DNA from: Clostridiaceae bacterium
Lineage (GTDB): Bacteria > Bacillota > Clostridia > Saccharofermentanales > DTU023
Assembly: GCA_012519085.1 (NCBI GenBank)
Contig: JAAYQX010000023.1
Location: 10,534 to 74,533 of the forward strand
DNA length: 64,000 nt
Direction of reading: 5' to 3'
In this document: piece after piece, positions 43,943 through 52,660 of the stretch
How positions within the stretch are numbered: the first letter of the stretch is position 1
Layout: each line of letters starts with the position of its first letter
Position numbers and translations under genes: made by a program
The notes under the pieces: model-generated
The model's input: only the letters and a program-made list of their open reading frames with translations
Database searches by the model: none
What the model was told of the DNA's origin: nothing

Positions 43943-43979
43943 AAAATAAGGGGGCTGCCGACCCCCTTATTTTTCTTTT
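43943..43979. terminator. Strong (potentially bidirectional) rho-independent terminator
   Basis: 12-bp stem aaaataaggggg / cccccttatttt with a 7-nt loop. An A-run lies upstream and tttttctttt downstream. It sits between a plus-strand and a minus-strand gene end. Confidence 0.85.
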
Positions 43980-44056
43980 GCCCCATAACTATGGAAAAAC
44001 TTTCGTTGTCAATTATTCCTGCTGCTTACCCTCGTCGTATAAATCAAAACAACGAA

Positions 44057-45457
44057 TTAATGACTGATCTTGGGATTTCTAAACCAATCTTCTTTCCAAT
44101 ACAACCATAATTCCAGTGGCACCAATAAGGCATTTGAGGCCAGCATAGAAATCCAAATTCCCGTCGCTCCCAGACTAGTAAAATTCTGGAAGATAAGCAC
44201 AAGCGGAAGTCGCAGACCCCATAGCCTCATAATTGATAAAAAGGCGGCATAGCGATGATAACCGGCTCCGACAAAAATTCCTGAAAACACATGAAAATAA
44301 CCCATTACAGGCAACATCGCAGTAAGATAATACACATATTCCAGTGCCAAAGACCATACCTGTTCAGCATCCGCCCCCGCTTCACCGATAAAAAGATTTA
44401 ATAGAGGATATCGAATTAGCATCAACAGGACACCGCTTATGACTGTAATTATAGTGACCGACTTAAAGGCGGCCTTGTTAAATTTCTTAACTCTTTCACC
44501 TTGTTCCGCACCAAGATTTTGTCCAACAATCGGAGTCATAGCGCTGCCAAGTCCTTGGACAGGCTGTAGTAGCAAACCGCTGACGCGATTGACCGCTGCA
44601 TAAGCGGCCAGAGTAGTCTGGCCATAAGACACCACAATACTATTCATTAAAGTAAAACCAAGCGCTGCGCTACTCTGACCCAAAGCGGTAGGGAAACCCA
44701 CGGTAACCAATTCCCGAAATTTTCTGCCGGATAGCTTAACTTTAATTAATTGGAGTTGAATCTCATTATCTGCGGATCGTATAGCACCAAGACCCAACAC
44801 TACACGCAGAAACTGTGACAGAACCGTAGCCCAGGCCGCCCCTGCAATACCCATATTAAGACCTTTAATGCCGATTAAAGGCACTGTATCAAAAATAAAT
44901 AGAGGATCCAAGACTACATTTACAACTGAAGTAATCAAACTGATTTGCGTCATGACCCTGGTTTTGCCTTGGGCACCCAGGATCGCATAAAAGGACAGGT
45001 AGAGCATCTCAAAAAAGAAACCAACCATGATGATAGAAAAATAGGTGATTGACCTCTCCGCCAATAAGCCAGTGGCACCCATCCAGCCAATGATATTAGG
45101 TGCCAGAAAAACAGCCAGGGCACTGAAAAACAAACCTGCACCGAGGCTGAAATAAAAGACATGGGCTGCATAGGATCTGGCTTTCTCCAATTCTTCAGCT
45201 CCTATAAGCTGTGATATGATCGAGATCCCGGCCATAGCAATACCCATGCCCAGAGAAACAAAAAGGAAATGCGGTGGCCAGATGAATGATGTGGCTGAAA
45301 AATCCACCAGCGATAATTGCGCCAACCATAATCTGTCTGCCAAATTATAGAGCGAAGTGATCACATTGTTGATCATGAGCGGAATTGCAATCGCAAAAAG
45401 AACCTGATGTACAGGTCCATTCAAAATATCTATTTTTTTATTTTCTGTTTTTTGCAT
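44057..45457 (-). CDS. MATE-family efflux transporter
   Basis: 466 aa with 12 TM helices and an N-terminus of the MATE type (ILNGPVHQVLFAIAIPLMINNVITSLYNLADRLWL). Confidence 0.85.
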   Translation of the reverse strand: MQKTENKKIDILNGPVHQVLFAIAIPLMINNVITSLYNLADRLWLAQLSLVDFSATSFIWPPHFLFVSLGMGIAMAGISIISQLIGAEELEKARSYAAHVFYFSLGAGLFFSALAVFLAPNIIGWMGATGLLAERSITYFSIIMVGFFFEMLYLSFYAILGAQGKTRVMTQISLITSVVNVVLDPLFIFDTVPLIGIKGLNMGIAGAAWATVLSQFLRVVLGLGAIRSADNEIQLQLIKVKLSGRKFRELVTVGFPTALGQSSAALGFTLMNSIVVSYGQTTLAAYAAVNRVSGLLLQPVQGLGSAMTPIVGQNLGAEQGERVKKFNKAAFKSVTIITVISGVLLMLIRYPLLNLFIGEAGADAEQVWSLALEYVYYLTAMLPVMGYFHVFSGIFVGAGYHRYAAFLSIMRLWGLRLPLVLIFQNFTSLGATGIWISMLASNALLVPLELWLYWKEDWFRNPKISH

Positions 45458-45605
45458 CCAATATCTAAACTAAACCAAATCAATGTTTCTACTGTATCAA
45501 TTGCGGTTGAGAGAATGCAAGCCCTCGGATAACTATCCTCTCAGTATGTGCTCTTAAGTAATCCTTGACACATTGTTCTCATAATCCTACTGACCATCAT
45601 GTCGC

Positions 45606-46823
45606 TTAAGCTTCAGCTCTTCCGGTCAAAAATAAAAACAACAATAGAGCCAGCACAACCGGTGCGATAGACCAGAGGAACATTTTGCTGTATCCAAAAG
45701 CCGCAGCCACATTCCCCAGCAATATAGAACCAACACCGATACCACTATCAAAGGCCGTAAAAAAAGTAGAATTGGCAGCGCCCAGTCGGTCCCGAGGTGC
45801 CTCAGAAACTGCCATTGCCTGCAAGCTGGTCTGAGCAGCGCCAAAACCCACCCCATAAGCGGCCCCGGATACAAGAAGTAAACTTAATGTTGATGCCTGT
45901 GCCAGCAGCAGCATAGAAAAAATGATAATAAGCAAACCGGGAATAATAGCATAGCCATAATTAAAGCGGTCAACCACCATGCCAAAGACCGGCCTTGAGA
46001 CCACTAAGGCAATCGCCATCACTGTAAAAAACATACCTCCATTGGCAATGCCACGCTCGATCGCATAGAGTGCCAAAAAACTATTTACGACGCCATAAGT
46101 AATCGTGACAAAAAAGATAATGATTGAGGGGCGGATTGCAGTCTTCTCGAACAAAGCTGCTTTTTTTATTGGCTGATCTTGTTTTTCGATCCGACGATAT
46201 TTGAGAGCAAAGGAGAACACAAGCCCTAACAGCAGCAGTCCTGATGACAGCAAAGAAGCTGCCTGGAAACTGTATTGAGCAATAATATAAAGACCTATGC
46301 TCGGAGAAATAGCCATTGCCACATTGCTGGCCAGTGTGAAATAACCCATACCTTCGCCAAAACGGCTGACCGGTATTATATCAGTAGCTATCGTATTGGC
46401 AGCGGTATTTAACGCTCCCCAACCAAATCCGTGAATAAATCTAAAAAATAAAATCAGGGCAACTGTCGATAGCCAGGTATATGATGCCGTAATAGCAATA
46501 AAGACCAGTAAGCCGGACAGGAAAATACCTTTTCTGCCCAGTCGATCCAGTCCAACACCGATGAACGGTCTAATCAGCAAGGTTGCTATTGTGAAGACAC
46601 CATTGACCCAACCGACTATATTGTCACCTGCCCCTAATTCTTTGATATGGACAGGCAAAGTGGGCGTAATGAGCTGGAAGCCGAAAAAGATCAGCAGATT
46701 GATAAAGGTGACCAGGATGAACTGTTTAGTCCAAAGCTTATCCCTTACCTGATCAGTTGTGTTTTTATTTTTAGATATTTTCTGTTCGAATTTAATCAAC
46801 CTCCTGATGTGCCTACCTAACAT
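45606..46823 (-). CDS. MFS transporter
   Basis: 405 aa with 12 TM helices and an MFS signature-like GVGLDRLGRKG between TM2 and TM3. Confidence 0.8.
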   Translation of the reverse strand: MLGRHIRRLIKFEQKISKNKNTTDQVRDKLWTKQFILVTFINLLIFFGFQLITPTLPVHIKELGAGDNIVGWVNGVFTIATLLIRPFIGVGLDRLGRKGIFLSGLLVFIAITASYTWLSTVALILFFRFIHGFGWGALNTAANTIATDIIPVSRFGEGMGYFTLASNVAMAISPSIGLYIIAQYSFQAASLLSSGLLLLGLVFSFALKYRRIEKQDQPIKKAALFEKTAIRPSIIIFFVTITYGVVNSFLALYAIERGIANGGMFFTVMAIALVVSRPVFGMVVDRFNYGYAIIPGLLIIIFSMLLLAQASTLSLLLVSGAAYGVGFGAAQTSLQAMAVSEAPRDRLGAANSTFFTAFDSGIGVGSILLGNVAAAFGYSKMFLWSIAPVVLALLLFLFLTGRAEA

Positions 46824-46931
46824 CTCCCTTTATTGATAATTACGATATTATCCTCTAACTCTCAACAATTTGCCAATGGCTAAGAATATGTCAATAAATT
46901 TGCGACATTTGAAGTGTGTCACTCCAGCATA

Positions 46932-46971
46932 CCAAAAAAGAGGATTACCGACCGCAGCCGATAATCCTCTT
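46932..46971 (-). terminator. Rho-independent terminator downstream of ADH copy A
   Basis: 10-bp stem aagaggatta / taatcctctt (46938-46947 / 46962-46971), followed on the minus strand by ttttttgg. Confidence 0.75.
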
Positions 46972-47022
46972 GATATCTGTGTTAATTAGGGAACAACAGA
47001 TAGTTCCCTAACTGACAAACCT

Positions 47023-47976
47023 TTAGTCGTAGAGAGCGACCAGGCGTCCCGTCACTTTATTGTCTTCCAGCATCTGAACTCCCTCAGGAATCTGATCGAA
47101 GGTGATAGTCGTGATCATCGGATTGACCTGACCTTTGTCCATCATTTCAAGGACATCAATCACGTCCTGAAGCGTACCGCCCATACTGCCGACCAGAGCT
47201 GACTGCCTGGTAATAAAAGGAGTAACATCGATGGTTGTATTCAAAACTCCCATCCCGACCAGCACCACTGTACCGAGAACTTTAATCGCTTTCAAAGCCT
47301 CGCGGGTTGTGACATCAAAGCCTGCAAAATCGATAATAACATCAGGCTCAAACTGGGCCAGATCTTTAATATCAGCGAATACATCTTTGGCACCGAGCTT
47401 CTTCGCCAATTCACGGGCATTAGCATTGGTATCAACCGCATAGACCGTAGCTCCTCTGCTAACTGCCGCTTCCAGCGCAATCATGCCCAAACCGCCGATA
47501 CCGATCATACCGACCGTCATGCCCTCTTTGACGCCACCTCTGACAAAAGTAGCATGATAAGAAGTCATTCCGGCATCGGTGCTCGCTGCTGCCTGTGCAA
47601 AGGTCACATTATCAGGTACATGGGCCAAATCAGCGGCAGGAGCCAGCACTTTGGTGCCAAATCCACCATCATAAACATAGCCAGGGGCACCGGCACCGCT
47701 CGGTCCTGTCGGACAAACGGCTACTCTGTCACCGACTTTAAAGTCTGTGACACCCTCGCCAACTTCACTGATAACACCGGCGATTTCATGACCCATGATT
47801 ACGGGCAGTTCACCCATCAGGGGAATCCAGCCCGGATCTCTCAGTACGCCGACGTCTGAATGGCACAGACCCGCTGCCTTCACATCGATTACGACTTTGC
47901 CGGGAACTGCCTTAGGATCAGGCTTCTCTACTAACTCCAATGGTTTATTAGTACCTACAAATTGCCAACCTTTCAT
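47023..47976 (-). CDS. Zinc-dependent alcohol dehydrogenase / MDR-family oxidoreductase, copy A
   Basis: GLCHSD and GHEIAG catalytic-zinc motifs and a GIGGLG Rossmann motif; 317 aa. The start was set at MKGWQF by homology to copy B and a GGAGGT RBS. The structural-zinc Cys loop appears to be absent. Confidence 0.85.
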   Translation of the reverse strand: MKGWQFVGTNKPLELVEKPDPKAVPGKVVIDVKAAGLCHSDVGVLRDPGWIPLMGELPVIMGHEIAGVISEVGEGVTDFKVGDRVAVCPTGPSGAGAPGYVYDGGFGTKVLAPAADLAHVPDNVTFAQAAASTDAGMTSYHATFVRGGVKEGMTVGMIGIGGLGMIALEAAVSRGATVYAVDTNANARELAKKLGAKDVFADIKDLAQFEPDVIIDFAGFDVTTREALKAIKVLGTVVLVGMGVLNTTIDVTPFITRQSALVGSMGGTLQDVIDVLEMMDKGQVNPMITTITFDQIPEGVQMLEDNKVTGRLVALYD

Positions 47977-48098
47977 TTTAGAACCTCCAATTAAACATTT
48001 TATGAGGACTACCGGCCGCAACCGATAATCCTCTTGATACTTGATAATAGTTTGCATTAATTAGGGAACAACAGATAGTTCCCTAATGACGAAAATTT

Positions 48099-49052
48099 TT
48101 AGTCGTAGAGAGCCACCAGGCGTCCCGTCACTTTATTATCTTCCAGCATCTGGATTCCCTCAGGAATCTGATCGAAGGTGATAGTCGTGATCATCGGATT
48201 GACCTGACCTTTGCTGATCATATCATTGACATCGATCACGTCCTGTAAGGTGCCGCCATTGCTGCCTACCAGTGTAGTTTGTTTGGTAATCATGGGTGTA
48301 ACATCAATTGTTGTTGTCAGTACACCCATACCGACCAGTACCACTCTGCCCTGGAAAGCTACCGCTTTTAGAGCTTCGCGGGTTGTGACATCGAAGCCTG
48401 CAAAGTCAACAATAACCTCAGGCTCAAATTGAGCTAGATCTTTAACATCAGAAAATACACCTGCCGCACCGAGCTTCTTCGCTAATTCACGAGCGTTGGC
48501 GCTGGTATCAGCCGCATAGACCGTGGCTCCCTTGTTGACTGCTGCTTCCAGTGCAATCATGCCCAAACCGCCGATACCGATCATACCGACTGTCATGCCC
48601 TTTTCTATGCCGCCTTTAACGAAAGCTGCATGATAAGAAGTCATTCCGGCATCAGTGCTCGCTGCTGCCTGTGCAAAGGTCACATTATCGGGTATATGGG
48701 CCAAATCAGCGGCAGGAGCCAGCACTTTGGTACCAAAGCCACCGTCATAGGCATAGCCGGGAGCGCCGGCGCCGCTCGGTCCTGTCGGACAGACAGCCAC
48801 TTTGTCACCAACCTTAAAATCTGTTACACCCTCGCCAACTTCACTGATGATACCGGCGATTTCATGACCCATGATTACGGGCAGTTCGCCCATCAGAGCA
48901 AGCCAGCCCGGATCTCTCAAGACGCCGACATCTGAATGACACAGACCCGCCGCCTTCACATCGATTACGACTTTGCCGGGAACTGCCTTAGGATCAGGCT
49001 TCTCCACCAACTCCAATGGCTTATTCGTACCTACAAATTGCCAACCTTTCAT
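48099..49052 (-). CDS. Zinc-dependent alcohol dehydrogenase / MDR-family oxidoreductase, copy B
   Basis: Same motifs as copy A and the same length (317 aa). About 37 substitutions relative to copy A by manual alignment. Confidence 0.85.
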   Translation of the reverse strand: MKGWQFVGTNKPLELVEKPDPKAVPGKVVIDVKAAGLCHSDVGVLRDPGWLALMGELPVIMGHEIAGIISEVGEGVTDFKVGDKVAVCPTGPSGAGAPGYAYDGGFGTKVLAPAADLAHIPDNVTFAQAAASTDAGMTSYHAAFVKGGIEKGMTVGMIGIGGLGMIALEAAVNKGATVYAADTSANARELAKKLGAAGVFSDVKDLAQFEPEVIVDFAGFDVTTREALKAVAFQGRVVLVGMGVLTTTIDVTPMITKQTTLVGSNGGTLQDVIDVNDMISKGQVNPMITTITFDQIPEGIQMLEDNKVTGRLVALYD

Positions 49053-49406
49053 TATAAAACCTCCAAAAATATTATTTACAGTTTTAAACCGTTATATATT
49101 ATACTATATTTTAATTATAAAGCCTAATTGTACTGGCCTCTAGAAAAGCCTAATTATACCGGCCTCTTTTTAACCCACCCTACACTAACAGTTCCCATTA
49201 TTTGCAGTCAAGGGAAAGGAAGACATAATTAGGCCGAAATAAAATTAACTGAGGAAAAGTTCTGTACTTAAATACAAATTTGCTGTTTTTTGTGATTATT
49301 TTAAGTTAATATATTCTTACAATAATCTAAAAAATTTTTAACAATGGTCTGATCCGGAACTATCATCTCGTTTTTCGTTTTTGCTCTCGTTATTTAGAGG
49401 TGTCTT

Positions 49407-49793
49407 GTGAATAAACTGATAGTGACAAACAATTCACTGGTATTTGAGAAATATTGCAACCATTGTGGTGTGATTTATCTTAAGGATGCCGGCTATCTGG
49501 ATGTACTCTATGCCGTAAGAGACAGGATTCATCAGTCCTATGTGCTTTTAACTCATCCCCTGGCAGGCAGCTTGAAACCAAATCAAACACCCTATAAGAG
49601 CATTATTATCACTCGAGGAGAAGCCGGTGTAGATACTGACAGTGTTGTTTTAATTGAAAACAGCATTGCGGCTGCGCAAAAATTTTTGCGGGATCGCAAC
49701 ACACCTTCTTGGAGCGAAAAAATTCTCGGCGATTTCAGGACAGTTGATTTATCATTAATAGAGAATGCAATGCAGAAAAGGTCATTCAATTAA
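49407..49793 (+). CDS. grdX: GrdX protein (glycine/sarcosine/betaine reductase operon accessory protein)
   Basis: LIVTNNSLV...DVLYAVRDRIHQSYVLLTHPLAGSLKPNQTPYKSIIIT matches the GrdX family as I recall it. GTG start. Located immediately upstream of grdE. Confidence 0.75.
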   Translation: MNKLIVTNNSLVFEKYCNHCGVIYLKDAGYLDVLYAVRDRIHQSYVLLTHPLAGSLKPNQTPYKSIIITRGEAGVDTDSVVLIENSIAAAQKFLRDRNTPSWSEKILGDFRTVDLSLIENAMQKRSFN

Positions 49794-49849
49794 ATATAAG
49801 TAATAATGGTCTTTTCTCAAATAATCTAGAGGAAAGGGAGGTGAAAATA

Positions 49850-51136
49850 GTGAAGCTGGAATTAGGGAAAATCCTGATTCAAGATGTTCAATTCGGCGCT
49901 AAGACTGAAGTTGTAGACAGAACGCTGTTCGTGAACAAAGAGGAAATCATCGAACTCGTTTTGGAAGACGACAGGCTGATCGGCGCCGATGTTGAACTGG
50001 CACGACCCGGTGAGTCAGTCCGCATAGCTCCGGTCAAAGATGTAATCGAACCCCGGGTCAAAGTAACAGGAGGCGGTGTACTATTCCCCGGCATGATCAA
50101 CAAAGTCGAACAGGTTGGCAGCGGCAGAACCCATGCTTTGGTAGGTGCAACGGTCATCACCTGCGGTCGGATTGTCGGCTTCCAAGAAGGTCTGATTGAC
50201 ATGTCCGGGCCGGCAGCCAAGTACTGTCCGTTTTCCGAAACAAATAATGTCGTTTTGGTAATTGAACCTGCAGATAATCTGGAAACTCATGATTACGAAA
50301 CTGCTGGCAGGCTGGCCGGGTTGAAAGTTGCTGCCTATATCGGCGAAGCAGGGAAAAATATCGAGCCGGATGAAGTTGTCGTCTATGAGACGAAGCCCCT
50401 GCTGGAGCAGGCCTTGCAATATCCTGATCTGCCCAAGATCGGATATGTCCACATGCTTCAATCGCAGGGACTGCTGCATGACACCTATTATTACGGTGTC
50501 GATGCCAAGCAGCTGGTTCCCACCTTTATGTACCCGACAGAGATCATGGACGGTGCTATTGTGAGCGGTAACTGCGTAGCACCTTGCGACAAAGTTACTA
50601 CTTTCCATCATCTGAACAATCCCATTATCGAAGATCTATTCGCAAGACACGGCAAAGATCTCAATTTTATGGGTGTTGTCCTAACGAACGAAAATGTCTT
50701 TTTAGCAGACAAAGACAGATCCTCGGATATGACAGCCAAGCTCTGTGAATTCTTCGGTTTCGAAGGAGTTATTATTTCTGAGGAGGGCTATGGCAATCCC
50801 GATACCGACTTGATGATGAACTGTCAGAAAGTCAGTCAAAAGGGCATCAAGGTAGTTTTAATCACTGATGAATTCCCCGGCAGAGACGGCAAATCGCAAT
50901 CTCTGGCCGATACCGTTGACGAAGCCGACGCACTGGTCTCTTGCGGCAACGGCAATGTAATTATTAATTTCCCGCCCATGGAAAAAGTCATTGGTACATT
51001 GGATTTTGTTGAAACTATGATCGGTGGTTATGAAGGGAGTCTGAAGCCGGACGGCAGTATTGAAGCCGAGCTGCAGATTGTCATTGCCTCTACTATTGCC
51101 AATGGCTACAACAAGCTAGCCGCCAGAGGGCATTAA
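49850..51136 (+). CDS. grdE: Glycine/sarcosine/betaine reductase component B proprotein (alpha/beta subunits, pyruvoyl-forming)
   Basis: The N-terminus (M)KLELGKILIQDVQFG is typical of GrdE. The self-cleavage site SGN|C has its Cys codon at 50573-50575. The start was set at the second GTG (49850), 10 nt after GGGAGG. The track start at 49841 abuts the RBS. Confidence 0.88.
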   Translation: MKLELGKILIQDVQFGAKTEVVDRTLFVNKEEIIELVLEDDRLIGADVELARPGESVRIAPVKDVIEPRVKVTGGGVLFPGMINKVEQVGSGRTHALVGATVITCGRIVGFQEGLIDMSGPAAKYCPFSETNNVVLVIEPADNLETHDYETAGRLAGLKVAAYIGEAGKNIEPDEVVVYETKPLLEQALQYPDLPKIGYVHMLQSQGLLHDTYYYGVDAKQLVPTFMYPTEIMDGAIVSGNCVAPCDKVTTFHHLNNPIIEDLFARHGKDLNFMGVVLTNENVFLADKDRSSDMTAKLCEFFGFEGVIISEEGYGNPDTDLMMNCQKVSQKGIKVVLITDEFPGRDGKSQSLADTVDEADALVSCGNGNVIINFPPMEKVIGTLDFVETMIGGYEGSLKPDGSIEAELQIVIASTIANGYNKLAARGH

Positions 51137-51146
51137 GGAGCGCAGT

Positions 51147-52457
51147 ATGAGTAAAATAAAAGTAGTTCATTATCTTAATCAATTCTTCGCTCAGATCGGC
51201 GGTGAAGAAATGGCCGATATGGAGCCTGAACTCCGAGAAGGGCTGATTGGACCGGGTATTGCGCTTCAACAGGCCTTGGGTGCCGACTATGAGATCGTAG
51301 CTACAGTAATCTGTGGTGATAACTACTTCGGCAGCAATCTGGAAGAGGCCCAAAGCAGAATCCTGGAACTGATTAAACCCTACAGCCCGCAATTATTTGT
51401 AGCAGGACCCGCATTTAATGCCGGCAGATATGGTGTCGCTTGTGGCACAATCGCTACCGCCGTTGAAAAGGAATTTGGCATACCTGCCCTGACAGGCATG
51501 TATGTAGAAAATCCCGGCGTTGAAATGTTCAAAAAAGATCTTTATATCATCGAAACAGCAAATTCGGCGGCAGGTATGAGAAAGGCAATGCCGAAAATCG
51601 CCACTCTAGCCAAAAAGCTGATTAACGGTAATGAAATAGACCTGCCCGCAGAAGATGGCTATCATGAGCGAGGAATCCGCGTCAATTATTTCCACGACAA
51701 AAGAGGATCTACCAGAGCTGTTGATATGCTGTTGCAGAAAGTCAAGGGAGAGGAATATCAGACCGAATATCCCATGCCATTCTTTGATCGTGTGCCACCT
51801 GCCACACCGATTATAGACATGTCGAAGGCTAAAGTTGCCATTGTCTCTTCCGGCGGTATCGTACCGCTTGGCAATCCAGACCGGATTGAGTCCTCAAGCG
51901 CAACTAAATTCGGCAAATATGATGTCACCGGCATGGACCGCATGAGCAAAGACGACTTCATATCCATCCACGGCGGCTATGATACCGCGTATATTCTGGA
52001 GGATCCGAACCTGGCTATCCCGCTTGACGTCCTCAGAGAAATGGAAAAAGAAGGCCAGATCGGTGAGTTAGCCAATTATTTCTACTCTACTACAGGCACC
52101 GGTACTTCCGTCGGCAATGCCGAAGTCTTCGGTACTGAGATCGGCAAGCAACTGCTGGCGGATGGTGTGACCGCAGTCATTCTCACCTCTACCTGAGGAA
52201 CCTGTACACGTTGCGGTGCAACGATGGTTAAAGAGATTGAAAGATACGGCCTCCCTGTAGTTCACATGTGCACAATAGTACCCATTTCCCTAACAATCGG
52301 AGCTAATAGAATCGTACCTACTGTCGCCATCCCCTATCCTCTAGGTGATCCTCATCTCGGTGAAGAAAAGAGCAAGAACTTAAGACGCCATCTGGTCGAA
52401 AAAGGGCTAGACGCCCTGCAGACAGAAGTCGACGGACAAACCGTTTTTGAAGAATAA
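51147..52457 (+). CDS. grdB: Glycine/sarcosine/betaine reductase selenoprotein B (436 aa, Sec at codon 350)
   Basis: Track ORFs 51147-52196 and 52224-52457 are in the same frame, separated only by TGA at 52194-52196. Read-through gives ...AVILTST-U-GTCTRCGATMVKEIE..., the UxxCxxC redox motif of GrdB-family selenoproteins. Confidence 0.9.
52194..52229 (+). other. Selenocysteine UGA codon plus candidate bacterial SECIS hairpin
   Basis: UGA is at 52194-52196. The upper stem is cgttgc/gcaacg (52209-52214 / 52218-52223), and the apical loop contains GGU. A lower stem aacc/ggtt lies at 52199-52202 / 52226-52229. The apical G residues sit about 19-20 nt after the UGA. Confidence 0.7.
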
Positions 52458-52496
52458 GCTTCAAAGCAAGATATTGCTCTGACATCGTTAAGCAAG

Positions 52497-52525
52497 CAGG
52501 GGCGATCTCAAAAGAGACGCCCCTG
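52497..52525 (+). terminator. Terminator candidate after grdB
   Basis: Stem caggggcg-a-tctc / gaga-cgcccctg, a 12-bp hairpin with one unpaired base, followed by ttcacttattt (modest T-tail). Confidence 0.55.
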
Positions 52526-52586
52526 TTCACTTATTTACAACAATAGATTATTAACCGACAACTAATTCAAAACCACCTCAGAATTA

Positions 52587-52641
52587 TTATTGACATATGC
52601 CATAAATGATGTATAATGTAGTAAATGGCATATGTCAATAA
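52587..52641 (+). promoter_or_regulatory. Promoter embedded in a 17-bp perfect inverted repeat (operator) for the DUF5320-DUF134 operon
   Basis: The left arm ttattgacatatgccat (52587-52603) and right arm atggcatatgtcaataa (52625-52641) are exact reverse complements. TTGACA (52590-52595), a 16-nt spacer, then TATAAT (52612-52617) lie between and within the arms. Confidence 0.65.
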
Positions 52642-52660
52642 CGACAAGGAGGTGAATAAC

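Larger units (their letters stand above)
46932..49052 (-). repeat. Tandem direct duplication (unit about 1076 bp) containing an ADH gene plus its 3' hairpins
   Basis: Gene offset is 47023 to 48099, or 1076 nt. The hairpin ttagggaac-aacagata-gttccctaa is present at 46986-47011 and 48061-48086. The flanking ccgataatcctcttgata is also repeated. Confidence 0.9.

Noticed and set aside
47977-48057. 27-aa N-terminal extension of ADH copy A (track ORF 47023-48057)
   Set aside because: The extension covers the duplicated intergenic hairpin region. Copy B starts at the equivalent MKGWQF, and a GGAGGT RBS precedes that ATG.
49088-49115. AT-rich tatatattatactatatttt as a possible dif/Xer site
   Set aside because: It does not match the XerC/XerD arm consensus I recall for Firmicutes dif. 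It is more likely promoter DNA for ADH copy B.
52224-52457. Independent 77-aa gene (MVKEIERYG...)
   Set aside because: It is in frame with the upstream 349-aa ORF and separated only by a UGA within the UxxCxxC motif. I interpret it as the C-terminus of selenoprotein GrdB.
52625-52660. Upstream ATG (track start) for the DUF5320 gene
   Set aside because: It lies inside the right arm of the operator palindrome, without an RBS. ATG 52661 has AAGGAGG upstream and gives the family-typical MPRRDGTGP N-terminus.
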